From: an uncultured Candidatus Bathyarchaeia archaeon
Lineage (GTDB): Archaea > Thermoproteota > Bathyarchaeia > Bathyarchaeales > Bathyarchaeaceae
Assembly (NCBI GenBank): GCA_964618655.1
Contig: CAZUFG010000001.1
Coordinates: forward strand, 1-58,896
Length of the DNA: 58,896 nucleotides
Reading direction: 5' to 3'
Part shown: one piece after another, positions 28,301 to 35,948 of the stretch
How positions within the stretch are numbered: position 1 is the first letter of the stretch
How the letters are laid out: each line of letters opens with the position of its first letter
Notes under the pieces: model-generated
Databases searched by the model: none
Told to the model about the DNA's origin: nothing
Seen by the model: only the letters and a program-made list of their open reading frames with translations
Program-made: the position numbers and the translations under genes

Positions 28301-31300
28301 CTACGAGTAGTTCGGGAATGACGACGAAATTAACAATAGTGCCATTAATCATTAATTGTAGCTCAACACTAGTCTCATTGTTCAATCCAAAGTTGCGGAC
28401 AGTTGCGTTCAGCAGCACCGAATTAATGGGCTCAAGAGAGGCTGGAGCCTTTAAAGTTACGGCGACATCATGTTCATATTTTTTGGGCATGTAGAGTAAA
28501 CTGTTTTCTAGTATTAGGCTGAGGCGGCGCTTGTAGGCCCATTCAAGCGTTTGGGACGAAGCGACTATGAAGCCTGACCCGTATCCAAATTCTAAGTATG
28601 CTGGCATTCTTGTGGAATCTTCAATTATTATGATATGAGCATCTGCGGGATAGACACTGAAGTATCCATGTACTGCATAATTCCAATTGTCAAGTTCCGC
28701 TTCGGTGATCATGTTAGGCGTGGTCAACACGGGATGCGTTGGATCCACAACAGTAACATATTGCCCATAGTAACTGGCCCACTGCAACCCTCCAGGGAGC
28801 GGACCCACCCATCGTCCACCATGCCAGCCTCCGTCTGCCGCATGAATCTCCAATATGCCACCATTATTCACGTAATCCTCAAACCACCATCGATAAGTAT
28901 CCATGCCATCGTAGAAGGCCTGATCCTGGTCCGAAGCGATGACTACTTTTGTAAAAGTGCTTAAATTAACTCTGCCAAAATCGCTTGAACTAAACACAAC
29001 ATAGGGAACGCCGTAACGGTCAAGAGCTTCCTCATTTGATGGATAGTCCCACGGGTTCCAATTCTGAAACAAAGCCACAATAAGAGTAGAAACAATGACT
29101 TTTACTGATTTGACGTTGTTTGTTATGTCATCTTCGCCATACACCGGAAAAGCATAAGCTGTTATGTTGTATATTCCTTCAATAGTTGGAGTCCAAAGAT
29201 GGCCAAGGGTGTAAGAATCTCCAGCCCATAGCTCTCGAATCGTGGTTGAGTCAACGATAGCATCGTTAATTAATAATTGGAGTTCTACATTGGTTTCGTT
29301 ACTCAATCCCATATTTGAAACGGTCGCGTTCAATAACGCAGATTGGCCTGGTTTAAGCGCTTCCGGCGCTTCCAAAGACACGCCTAGTTCATGTTGAGGC
29401 TTTTGGTAACGTGACCATGTTATGGCGTTGTATAGTAGTTGCAGGTGATGGTGATAGTAGGCTGGTATAACTTCTAGCCATGGAGAAATGTACACTAAGC
29501 CTCTGTACGTGACTATTGCGCTTTCTTGATAGTGCCCAAGTGCAAGATATTTGCCCTCCACCAATTCGTTTGAATCCCATCGCCCGTCGAAAGGAAGTGC
29601 AGTTCCGACTTGTGGAAAAACCAGCGGGTTTGGAACATTAGCGAAGATAGGATGCGTTGTGTTCACTAGATGCAAAAGATCCGTTTGCGTTGCACTCCAC
29701 GTTGCGGTTTCGTTCATCCCAAACAGTGGTGCAAGCTTGTTGTTGTTTGGAACCCAGTAATAAAGCGTTCCCGCCGTGGCTATTAGACCGTGCCCCTCAA
29801 GAACATATCGTTTGATTGCTTCGATTTCAGAGTCTATGAACTGCCACCCCATCCCAGGATCGTAGGCACACGAAATAATCAAAACATCTGCTTCTGTCGA
29901 GGCAATATCCTCGTAGGTGATAACCTCTTTGTTTAAAGTCGTATAATCAATGTAGACCATGGTGTCGCCAAACATATGCCATTCATTGTTCAGCACTTGC
30001 CAATTAGTGATTATGTTGCCTTGAATGTTGCCTGCAGAATGCAACACAACAGCCTTCAACGGAAATCCAACATAGACATATTTCCAGACTACATTGTTTT
30101 CCACACTTGTTTCGCCGGGCACTGGCACCACGTAAAGCGTAACGTTGTATAATCCTTCAACTGTTGGATTCCATGTGAGACTAACTGATGTCGAGTTCCC
30201 ACTGGCAAGGGAGCCTATCAACGTAGAGTCTACCACGGTGTCGTTTGCTAGCAGTTGCACTGATACATCGGTTTCGTCATTATCTCCGAAATTAAGTATA
30301 GTAGCGTTTACGATTGCTAAAGCACCAGGTTCCACATAGGGCGGGGTTCTCCATTCATAAGCTATCATTTCATGGGCTGCCGGAGTCTGCTCCACAGCCT
30401 TTCTCGCGTTTATTCTTCCATATCCATAGTATACGTCGAAACCAGGGTCGCCCAAGTCATTAGCGGTGTATCGTAGCCACAGCCTCACCCAATCTCGTGT
30501 CTTGTTTGGATAGCGGCTCCATACAAGGGCAGCCACGCCCGAAACATGCGGAGTAGCCATGGAAGTGCCACTCCAAGACTCATAACCCCAAGGAACCGTT
30601 GAATGTATGGAGACTCCAGGTGCGGCTAGTTCAATCCATTCACCCCAGTTTGAAAATGAAGCTTTGCTGTCATACTGATCTGTCGCAGCCACAGCGATGA
30701 CTTCGTCGTAGCCTGCTGGATACAGCTTCATGTTTGTATTGTCATTTCCTGCAGCTGCGATCACCAGCACTCCGGCGTCATAAGCATACCTAACGGCCTC
30801 ATGTACTAGTTCGCTGTCGCTATACCCTCCTAAGCTCATGCTAATTATGTCAGCTCCGCTGTCCGTCGCGTTTATGATGCCATTTGCAATCCAGTCCCAG
30901 TATCCCCCGCCAGCGTTGTTTAAAACTTTTTCAGCCATAATCCGAACTTGCGCCAGCCCAGCAATGCCTATGCCATTATTTAAAACAGCTGAAATTATGC
31001 CTGCGCAGTGAGTGCCGTGGCCGTGATCATCCCAAGGGTCAGCATCCATATTCACCCAATCGTAGCCCAGGGCGACATAGTTTGCTGCAAGGTCAGGGTG
31101 GGTGTAGTCGATGCCTGTGTCGACAACAGCTACAAGAACTGAGGGGTCGCCTACCGTTGTGTTCCATGCCCAATCCGCCTCTATCTTCTGCGGCCCCCAT
31201 TGCAGGTTCCAATATGGGTCGTTTGGAACAAATTGAGCTTGAACCTTCATGTCGGGCTCTACGTAGCTTGCTAACCCTACAGTGTGTACCTCTTCTACAA

Positions 31301-31754
31301 AAGCCGTCACCGACGCTAATAAAAGCTCGACAACCGCCGCCCTAACTTGGCCTCCAATTGAAACAGTGTTAACAATTTCAGCTTGGTGTTTAGCCGCTAT
31401 TTTCTCTAGTTCAAGGAAGCTGGTAGGTTCCTCGCTGTCGACTCCAACTATTAGTCTAGTCTTATTGCCGTCTATGTAGGCGAATTTGCTCCATTCGCTT
31501 GTGCTGTTGAAGTCCCATTTATCCCCGCTATCGCGCGAAGTCTGACTGGGGCTTTCTAAAGTCTCCTCTTGACTGGCATCTGGTTTACTTTCAAAAACAT
31601 TTCGCTGGTTTTTATCAAAACTTTCCGGAAAATCCTTACCGAGAATACCGTTTTCATCGTTTTCTGCCAATGATGGCTTTGCGGTAAATGCTATGCTTAA
31701 CGTGCTCATGAGAATTAATGTCAACATTAGAAGACTGATTATTCTCTTTTTCAT
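25359..31754 (-). CDS. Giant secreted S8 subtilisin-family protease. Domain order: I9-like propeptide, S8 domain, four (CARDB + ~200-aa alpha/beta module) units, a further CARDB, a cohesin, a CARDB and a class C dockerin.
   Basis: 2131-aa ORF with a signal peptide. The catalytic triad lies in VAVVDTGIDYTHPDL (Asp212, about nt 31119-31121), HGHGTHCAGII and SGTSMATPHVSG. The S8 domain spans about 30375-31232. CARDB-like units read LNATV.N.G.NNET.VELQL..N...V......L..G.S......W.PT.EG.YN.T.Y. Cohesin: FTINITVTDVSDLYGYEFKLFYKNDILEGRGVTLPAGHFL...GSGILVTVQFKA (about 25900-26340). Confidence 0.85.
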   Translation of the reverse strand: MKKRIISLLMLTLILMSTLSIAFTAKPSLAENDENGILGKDFPESFDKNQRNVFESKPDASQEETLESPSQTSRDSGDKWDFNSTSEWSKFAYIDGNKTRLIVGVDSEEPTSFLELEKIAAKHQAEIVNTVSIGGQVRAAVVELLLASVTAFVEEVHTVGLASYVEPDMKVQAQFVPNDPYWNLQWGPQKIEADWAWNTTVGDPSVLVAVVDTGIDYTHPDLAANYVALGYDWVNMDADPWDDHGHGTHCAGIISAVLNNGIGIAGLAQVRIMAEKVLNNAGGGYWDWIANGIINATDSGADIISMSLGGYSDSELVHEAVRYAYDAGVLVIAAAGNDNTNMKLYPAGYDEVIAVAATDQYDSKASFSNWGEWIELAAPGVSIHSTVPWGYESWSGTSMATPHVSGVAALVWSRYPNKTRDWVRLWLRYTANDLGDPGFDVYYGYGRINARKAVEQTPAAHEMIAYEWRTPPYVEPGALAIVNATILNFGDNDETDVSVQLLANDTVVDSTLIGSLASGNSTSVSLTWNPTVEGLYNVTLYVVPVPGETSVENNVVWKYVYVGFPLKAVVLHSAGNIQGNIITNWQVLNNEWHMFGDTMVYIDYTTLNKEVITYEDIASTEADVLIISCAYDPGMGWQFIDSEIEAIKRYVLEGHGLIATAGTLYYWVPNNNKLAPLFGMNETATWSATQTDLLHLVNTTHPIFANVPNPLVFPQVGTALPFDGRWDSNELVEGKYLALGHYQESAIVTYRGLVYISPWLEVIPAYYHHHLQLLYNAITWSRYQKPQHELGVSLEAPEALKPGQSALLNATVSNMGLSNETNVELQLLINDAIVDSTTIRELWAGDSYTLGHLWTPTIEGIYNITAYAFPVYGEDDITNNVKSVKVIVSTLIVALFQNWNPWDYPSNEEALDRYGVPYVVFSSSDFGRVNLSTFTKVVIASDQDQAFYDGMDTYRWWFEDYVNNGGILEIHAADGGWHGGRWVGPLPGGLQWASYYGQYVTVVDPTHPVLTTPNMITEAELDNWNYAVHGYFSVYPADAHIIIIEDSTRMPAYLEFGYGSGFIVASSQTLEWAYKRRLSLILENSLLYMPKKYEHDVAVTLKAPASLEPINSVLLNATVRNFGLNNETSVELQLMINGTIVNFVVIPELLVGESYRLSYLWVPTVEGTYNVTAYAPPVPGEEVMENNVATQMVRVRCAPKLLVIDTPVPEDTGVLDRLGYEYTLVSPTEFATVDLYRFNILFVGWTPGDDVVNALVARASEIAGWVAAGNGIVALSEFYESNRWAWLPLWVNSYGYTGDNVHILDPTHPVLFNLTDAELSYWSFSYHGYFYSYHADWTALAQGIEAGYSITLAATYGSGRIVITDQDPDFHFYYNDVLGAGKLLKNMIEWATPYIRYQHDLALTLEAPAFLEPDTSVMLNATVHNQGLNNETNVELQLMINSTVLNSVIVPDLLTGQSFTFSCLWTPTIGGTYNVTAYAPSVLNETYTANNVVSEMVHVRYPPRLLVVDTPWPEDTGALDMLGYNYTLVTPAEFATVDLYQYNVLFVGWSPGDAVVDALLARASEIADWVAAGNGIVALSEFYESNRWDWLPLWVNSYGFAGNNVQILDPTHPVMFSLTDAQLSNWGMSYHGFFVHHVWKALAWGIEISAPITLATTYGSGRIVITQQDPDWHLYYEDRIGAEKLLTNMIEWVILYRPPPVRYEHELVVSLRAPPRLKPNTPTILKATVYNDGLSNETGLELYLLINGSIVASAMIPELLVNSSYVLNYLWTPTVEGIYNVTAYAPPVHDEAITKNNVVMMSVQVFTVTGTYISIDPIQSIVIRDEVFTINITVTDVSDLYGYEFKLFYKNDILEGRGVTLPAGHFLTPEIDPRNIYVWINETNNAYNATHGCIHFAFSLFNYVGNETGKTGSGILVTVQFKARELGNSILDLCETILADPEGEIISHSSLDGLAEVAMTIPLMRDVAVISVVPSVTEAYAGWMISINVTAKNVGNSTETFTVTAYYESTPIETKTVFDLHTGEEMTLTFCWNTTGLQLYVNYTMWAEASVVPGETDQDNNVFIDGYVKLKMVGDVNNDKTVNILDCILASSAFGSYPSHPKWNSLADINRDNKINILDFILIANNFGNKY
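25362..25535 (-). other. Dockerin module, class C
   Basis: GDVNNDKTVNILDCILASSAFGSYPSHPKWNSLADINRDNKINILDFILIANNFGNKY. Confidence 0.9.
26643..28472 (-). repeat. Two tandem ~915-bp coding repeats inside the protease gene (26643-27560 and 27561-28472). More divergent copies lie at 28473-29393 and 29394-30374.
   Basis: The encoded ~305-aa units, HDLALTLEAPAFLEPDTSVMLNATVHNQGLNNETNVELQLMINST... and HDVAVTLKAPASLEPINSVLLNATVRNFGLNNETSVELQLMINGT..., are collinear. Long stretches are identical, for example AAGNGIVALSEFYESNRW.WLPLWVNSYG. Near-identical DNA runs occur at about 27025-27085 and 27930-27990. Confidence 0.85.
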
Positions 31755-31805
31755 TTTCCTTTCTCCTCTTAATCTTGGGCACAGAAGTTTATGTTATCAT
31801 TAACC

Positions 31806-31831
31806 CTTAAATTTTTTGTGACTTTCTTCTA
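31806..31831 (-). promoter_or_regulatory. Island promoter of the protease gene: TATA-like AATTTAAG (31806-31813) plus box TAGAAGAAAGTCACA (31817-31831)
   Basis: The layout is the same as at the other island promoters. The TATA box lies about 52 nt upstream of ATG 31754. SD-like sequence: GAGGAGAAAGGAAA. Confidence 0.5.
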
Positions 31832-31902
31832 TAACGTAAGTTAGTATAGTTGCGCTAAGCAGCTCTCATTTCCTTTGCGTGGACGCAACAACTTTTCAAC
31901 AT

Positions 31903-31920
31903 AATAAAGAAAGGGGGGAG
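31903..31920 (-). terminator. C-rich/T-rich tract 3' of the beta-helix/cohesin/dockerin gene fragment
   Basis: The minus strand reads CTCCCCCCTTTCTTTATT, about 25 nt after stop codon TAA (31945-31947). Confidence 0.35.
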
Positions 31921-31944
31921 TTGAGGTTGTTTCTGATGTTTTAT

Positions 31945-34569
31945 TTAAGGATCTGGCCTTACTTCTCCGAAGTGATTGGCTATCAGTATACAATCGAGGA
32001 TGTTTACGACTTTATCGTGGTTTATGTCTGCCAGTGGGTTCCAGCGTGGATGACTTGGGCGGGTTCCAAAAGCGCCAGCTAAAATAATACAATCTAGTAT
32101 GTTGGTTCTTCCATCGAAGTTCAAATCGCCCATTGAGGTTGGTACTATGTCGTAATATCCATGTTCCACGTCGTGTGAGATTGTGTTTGATTCGGTGTCG
32201 CCGAGTATGGTGTCAAACAATGTCAGGTTGCATGAGAGTATTGGATTTTCTAAGCCCATGAGTTGATATTTAACCCTGAATGTTATCGTTGCTAGGGTCC
32301 CGTTCCCGCTTGGGAATGTTGTCCAGTTGCCTATTCCTGTGCCTTGAGGAATTAGCAGGATTCCTAGTTGAACGTAGTCTTCTTCTATGATTGGGCCATA
32401 ATAGAGGGTTTCGCCGGCTTGTTCCATGAAGGTGCCGTTGGATACTTCAACGATCTCCAGAAGGGTTGTGTTATAGCGGAGCTTAAACTCTACACCAACA
32501 AGTTTCCATGCCCAACTTAGACCATTGATGGTTATGTTGATGTCGAAGGTTTCGCCTAGTTGCTTGGCGTGGTAGGTTGGAGGCTCCACTTTTAGTAGTG
32601 GGCTGGGTAGCGGCTTTGGATAATCCAGCCATGGGTCATACAGAACATAATCGCTGACATCGTCGCCTAAACCGTAATGCGGGCCATAGGGTTGTCCCAT
32701 GTAAAGCCAGCTTGTCTCATGATACGGTCCAGTTGCGTCGCCCCACCAATTGTAGCGGGCGTCAAAGGTTACATTGTTGCCAGCGTAGTCGGGGTCTTGG
32801 ATAACGCCGTATTCTCTGTTGTTGTAGATGTTGTTGTAGTTGGCGTATGAGTACGAGTTTGCGACTACTTCAATTCCGTAGTAGTTGTTATAAATGTCGT
32901 TGCAGCTCATAACAACCGTAGAAGATGGCAGATCATAGAAAGCTACCCATCCGTCAATTACTATGCCAGCAGAAGACCAAGATGGTGATGGATGCGTATT
33001 GTCGCAGTTGTATATGTCATTTCCAAGAATTTCAACATCGCATGGTTCGTTCCAAGGCTCTATTTCAATTCCATAGTTAACGTAGTCTTGATCGCTGTAG
33101 ACTTGACCTTCTATAATACAGCTGTATACTCCACCGCTACAACCGTCATAGAAGAACACTCCTATTCGCCCAAAGTTTTTGACTGTGCATTTCCCTGACG
33201 CTTACATCTGAGCCATCCCAAATTCCAATAGCGCTACCAACCATGTCGCCAATGGTATTTGGAGATATTATGCAACCTCTGATTGTTCCTATCGACTCTT
33301 CGTATATAACTCCATAATTTTTACCGGGGCCTAATCCCTGTCCTTCGATATCCAAGTGCCACAAGGTTACGACAGCATTCTCGACAAAAATCACTGCTTC
33401 TCTGGTTCCATAGTTAGTGGTGAATGAACCGCTCCCTTGGACTATAGGAAGGCTTGCGCCAATTATGGATATATTCTTGTTTATGTATAATGCTTCGTTG
33501 TATGTGCCTTCATGCACCATTACTGTGTCGCCTGGGCTTGCTTCGTCTATAGCCTCTTGAATAGTTCCAGTTGGGTTTACATGATAAGTTCTTGGAGTAG
33601 TTTCAAAGGTTGCGCCGAGCCATGGACTGTAATCAACATAGTCGCTGATGGCGTCTCCTGTGCCGCCTGGATTAGATGAATGCGTTGGACCGCTTGCGTC
33701 ACCCCACCAGTTAAAGCGAGCATCGAATATCTGACTTGAATCCCAGTTTCTGACACCTTCAGTGTTGCCATAGAGATTGTTGTAGTGTGCCGTGTTTCCA
33801 GGTCCGGGTTCATCTCCAGACCCAGTGTAGTATGGGGAGCCAGGCCCCAAGAGGTGGATTCCGTAGTAGTTGTCGTGGATTTGGTTGTATTCGATAACAT
33901 TGTAGGCGCATTCTGCTGCCCATTCTAGTTCTATGCCCTGAGAGCAGTCGTAAACTTCGTTACCGCGGACAGTGCTATAGCTGCTCGGACCTATACCAAT
34001 GTCATTGTCGTATACCTCGTTGTACTCAATTATGACCCCGTCTTTTGCTGCATACCCCATTATGCCGCAACTCAACCATGTTGTTCCCGAATATTTATTG
34101 TTGGAGACTGTGTTGTAGCTAACAGTGCCTCCAGTCTCGAAAGCGAGGACTATGCCGTTTGGAACCTGATCCGGCCCGATTGTACCTGGGCCGACGATGG
34201 TATTGTCGTGTATGTCAACGGTCAGCTGAGCTCCTCGCGCTGTGATGCCGTTCTTGTTATAATAGCTGATGCGAGAATTCTCAACCTCTACCGAAACTGA
34301 GGTGCTGACGGCGTCCAGCCACATCCCATAGGTGCGAGTGGCAATTGGTACGCTGTTCATGTTAACGACCGTCACATCGTCTATGGTGCCAGCGGTCTCG
34401 CCATATGAGATGCCTACAACATAGTTTGCTCCTCCAGGGAGCCCATCTACGTTAACTCCATCCACTTTAAGATCTTCCACTGTGACACCCGCGGTTCCCA
34501 CGTTCTCGACGCTTATGATGCTTGCGAGCTCTTGGCCATTCCAGAAAGCTCCTGCCTGAGTCCCAAGAG
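31945..34569 (-). pseudogene. 3' fragment of a split parallel beta-helix (NosD/CASH-like) - cohesin (class B) - dockerin (class C) gene, also carrying a 1-nt frameshift
   Basis: Track ORFs 33146-34501 and 31945-33159 are consecutive pieces of one protein. The frame of the upstream piece stays open beyond the assigned GTG up to 34609, with no ATG, signal peptide or promoter. Beta-helix rungs and two (A/D)R(F/Y)NWWGDA(S/T)GP motifs are present. Cohesin: WKLVGVEFKLRYNTTLLEIVEVSNGTFMEQ...GNGTLATITFRV. The frames switch at the T3C3 run 33190-33195. Deleting one nt there gives ...GIWDGSDVSVRECTVKNFGRIGVFFYDG.... Confidence 0.7.
31948..32130 (-). other. Dockerin module, class C
   Basis: GDLNFDGRTNILDCIILAGAFGTRPSHPRWNPLADINHDKVVNILDCILIANHFGEVRPDP. 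Confidence 0.9.
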
Positions 34570-34575
34570 TATAAA

Positions 34576-34838
34576 ATGAGAAAGCAGCTCTTGCCGAGCG
34601 GCGCGTTGCTTATTGATAATCGAGTCGCTTGGGCGAGAACCTACCTTGGCAAGGCTGGGCTTATTGAAGGCACCAAGAGAGGTTTCTTCTCTTCACTGCT
34701 CAGGTTGAACGCATCTGAAACGTGCTCGATGGTCTCGCGCAAGGAATGCTCTTTTTCATCCCCAAGAAACCTCAGGAAAGGAAGCATCATATGCTCGTGG
34801 CTGGGAACGGTCATAGTTGAAAATATGTCACAGTGCAC
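34576..34838. pseudogene. Two convergent remnants of an Mrr-type restriction endonuclease N-terminal (Mrr_N winged-helix) domain. The catalytic domain is absent.
   Basis: Minus strand 34814 down to about 34694 encodes MTVPSHEHMMLPFLRFLGDEKEHSLRETIEHVSDAFNLSSEE (compare E. coli Mrr MTVPTYDKFIEPVLRYLA...). Plus strand 34576 to 34689 encodes MRKQLLPSGALLIDNRVAWARTYLGKAGLIEGTKRGFF (compare E. coli ..SGQLVYKNRAGWAHDRLKRAGL...). These are the first and second halves of one domain, encoded on opposite strands and meeting at about 34690. Confidence 0.65.
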
Positions 34839-34950
34839 TTAAATGACTTTACAGTTTTCTGGCATTCGAACAATGTATAGAGACGCTCCGTTGCCACTTA
34901 TTGGAAGTCTAGGTCTTCTTCTGCTGTCCATGTTTCTTCACAGTCCGTGC

Positions 34951-35070
34951 ACAAGCCTACAGCATCCACAAAACACAAGTCACAAACCAATCCAGCCACA
35001 CTCCACACACTCACACAACCGATCAACAACTCTACCACAAACAGCACACTCACCCATCAGCAAACACCTA
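34951..35070. repeat. Strand-asymmetric low-complexity tract, C/A-rich on the plus strand and G/T-rich on the minus strand
   Basis: By my count these 120 nt contain 7 G and 12 T (101 A+C). An example stretch is cacaaaccaatccagccacactccacacactcacacaacc. It lies 3' of the 35143-35664 gene, after an oligo-T run (35096-35107 on the plus strand as a-runs). Confidence 0.7.
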
Positions 35071-35142
35071 AGACTAGGCTCTCCTCAGCGTGCCTAAAAT
35101 AAAAAAACATGATGTTGATGTGTATCGCTCGCGCAATGGCAA

Positions 35143-35664
35143 CTAAGCACCTTGTGGAGACGCTATGTATCCCACGAAATCTGCAAATATGCCGTTTGTC
35201 CCTGGATCAGCGTCCCTATACCAGTCCGTTCCCGTCATTTCAAGCTTCAACAGCAAACCCTCATAAGCAGCCGTACCATGGCCTTCAAGTTTACCCTGGA
35301 ATTGGATGTAGTTTGTGTCCTTCACCGTGAACATTCCTTCAAACGTGCCCTCAGCCCCAGAGATCGTGAACGAGCCAAAACCAACTCCTTCCCCGGTTTT
35401 CAAGCTGAAAACAGCATATAACACGATCTCTAACACTCCGGTCAAACGTGGATCCGAGCTTGCGATAGGCCCTGATGCTTCCGCACCCACTTGGCGCACC
35501 ATTCCACTCTTGAGAACATATATGTCACCTGGCCAAGTTGCAGTCATACTCATAGTTCCCGTGACCTCAGTTCGTACTGCAGGTGCAACTACAATTCCAG
35601 GCGCTGTGATCGATAGCGCTAGCAAAGCTACGATAACCATCAAAACTCTCCTCAAATCTCTCAC
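35143..35664 (-). CDS. Small secreted protein of unknown function
   Basis: 173-aa ORF. Signal peptide: MRDLRRVLMVIVALLALSITAPG. It has an island-type promoter upstream. The GTG start is overlapped by the SD-like GGGGAGGTG. Confidence 0.55.
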   Translation of the reverse strand: MRDLRRVLMVIVALLALSITAPGIVVAPAVRTEVTGTMSMTATWPGDIYVLKSGMVRQVGAEASGPIASSDPRLTGVLEIVLYAVFSLKTGEGVGFGSFTISGAEGTFEGMFTVKDTNYIQFQGKLEGHGTAAYEGLLLKLEMTGTDWYRDADPGTNGIFADFVGYIASPQGA

Positions 35665-35722
35665 CTCCCCTCTCTACTTCTCATAAACAGATAGAACCCG
35701 TGCAAAACCATGCTCTTTTTGC

Positions 35723-35750
35723 TTTAAAACACTTGTGAAACTATCTTCTA
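35723..35750 (-). promoter_or_regulatory. Island promoter: TATA-like GTTTTAAA (35723-35730) plus box TAGAAGATAGTTTCA (35736-35750)
   Basis: The gap is 5 nt. The TATA box lies about 59 nt upstream of start 35664. Confidence 0.5.
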
Positions 35751-35948
35751 GTGGCACGCACTAATACCCGGATAATTTGTGTGTTTGCGTGTGTAGCGCG
35801 CCCAAGATTACACTTTAATTGGGCTTTGACAACCTCAAAGTTCAACAAATCAAGAAGTAGGACCCGCGCGCTGCCTCTTGCCGATCACGGATGTGGCCTA
35901 AAAAAGAGGGGAGTTATGGAGATGTTGCCACTAAAACTTGGTCACTCA

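Noticed and set aside
34843-35097. 84-aa plus-strand ORF (MTLQFSGIRTMYRD...HPQNTSHKPIQPHSTHSHNRS)
   Set aside because: Most of it is a translation of the C/A-rich low-complexity tract. It has no promoter or SD and no motif.
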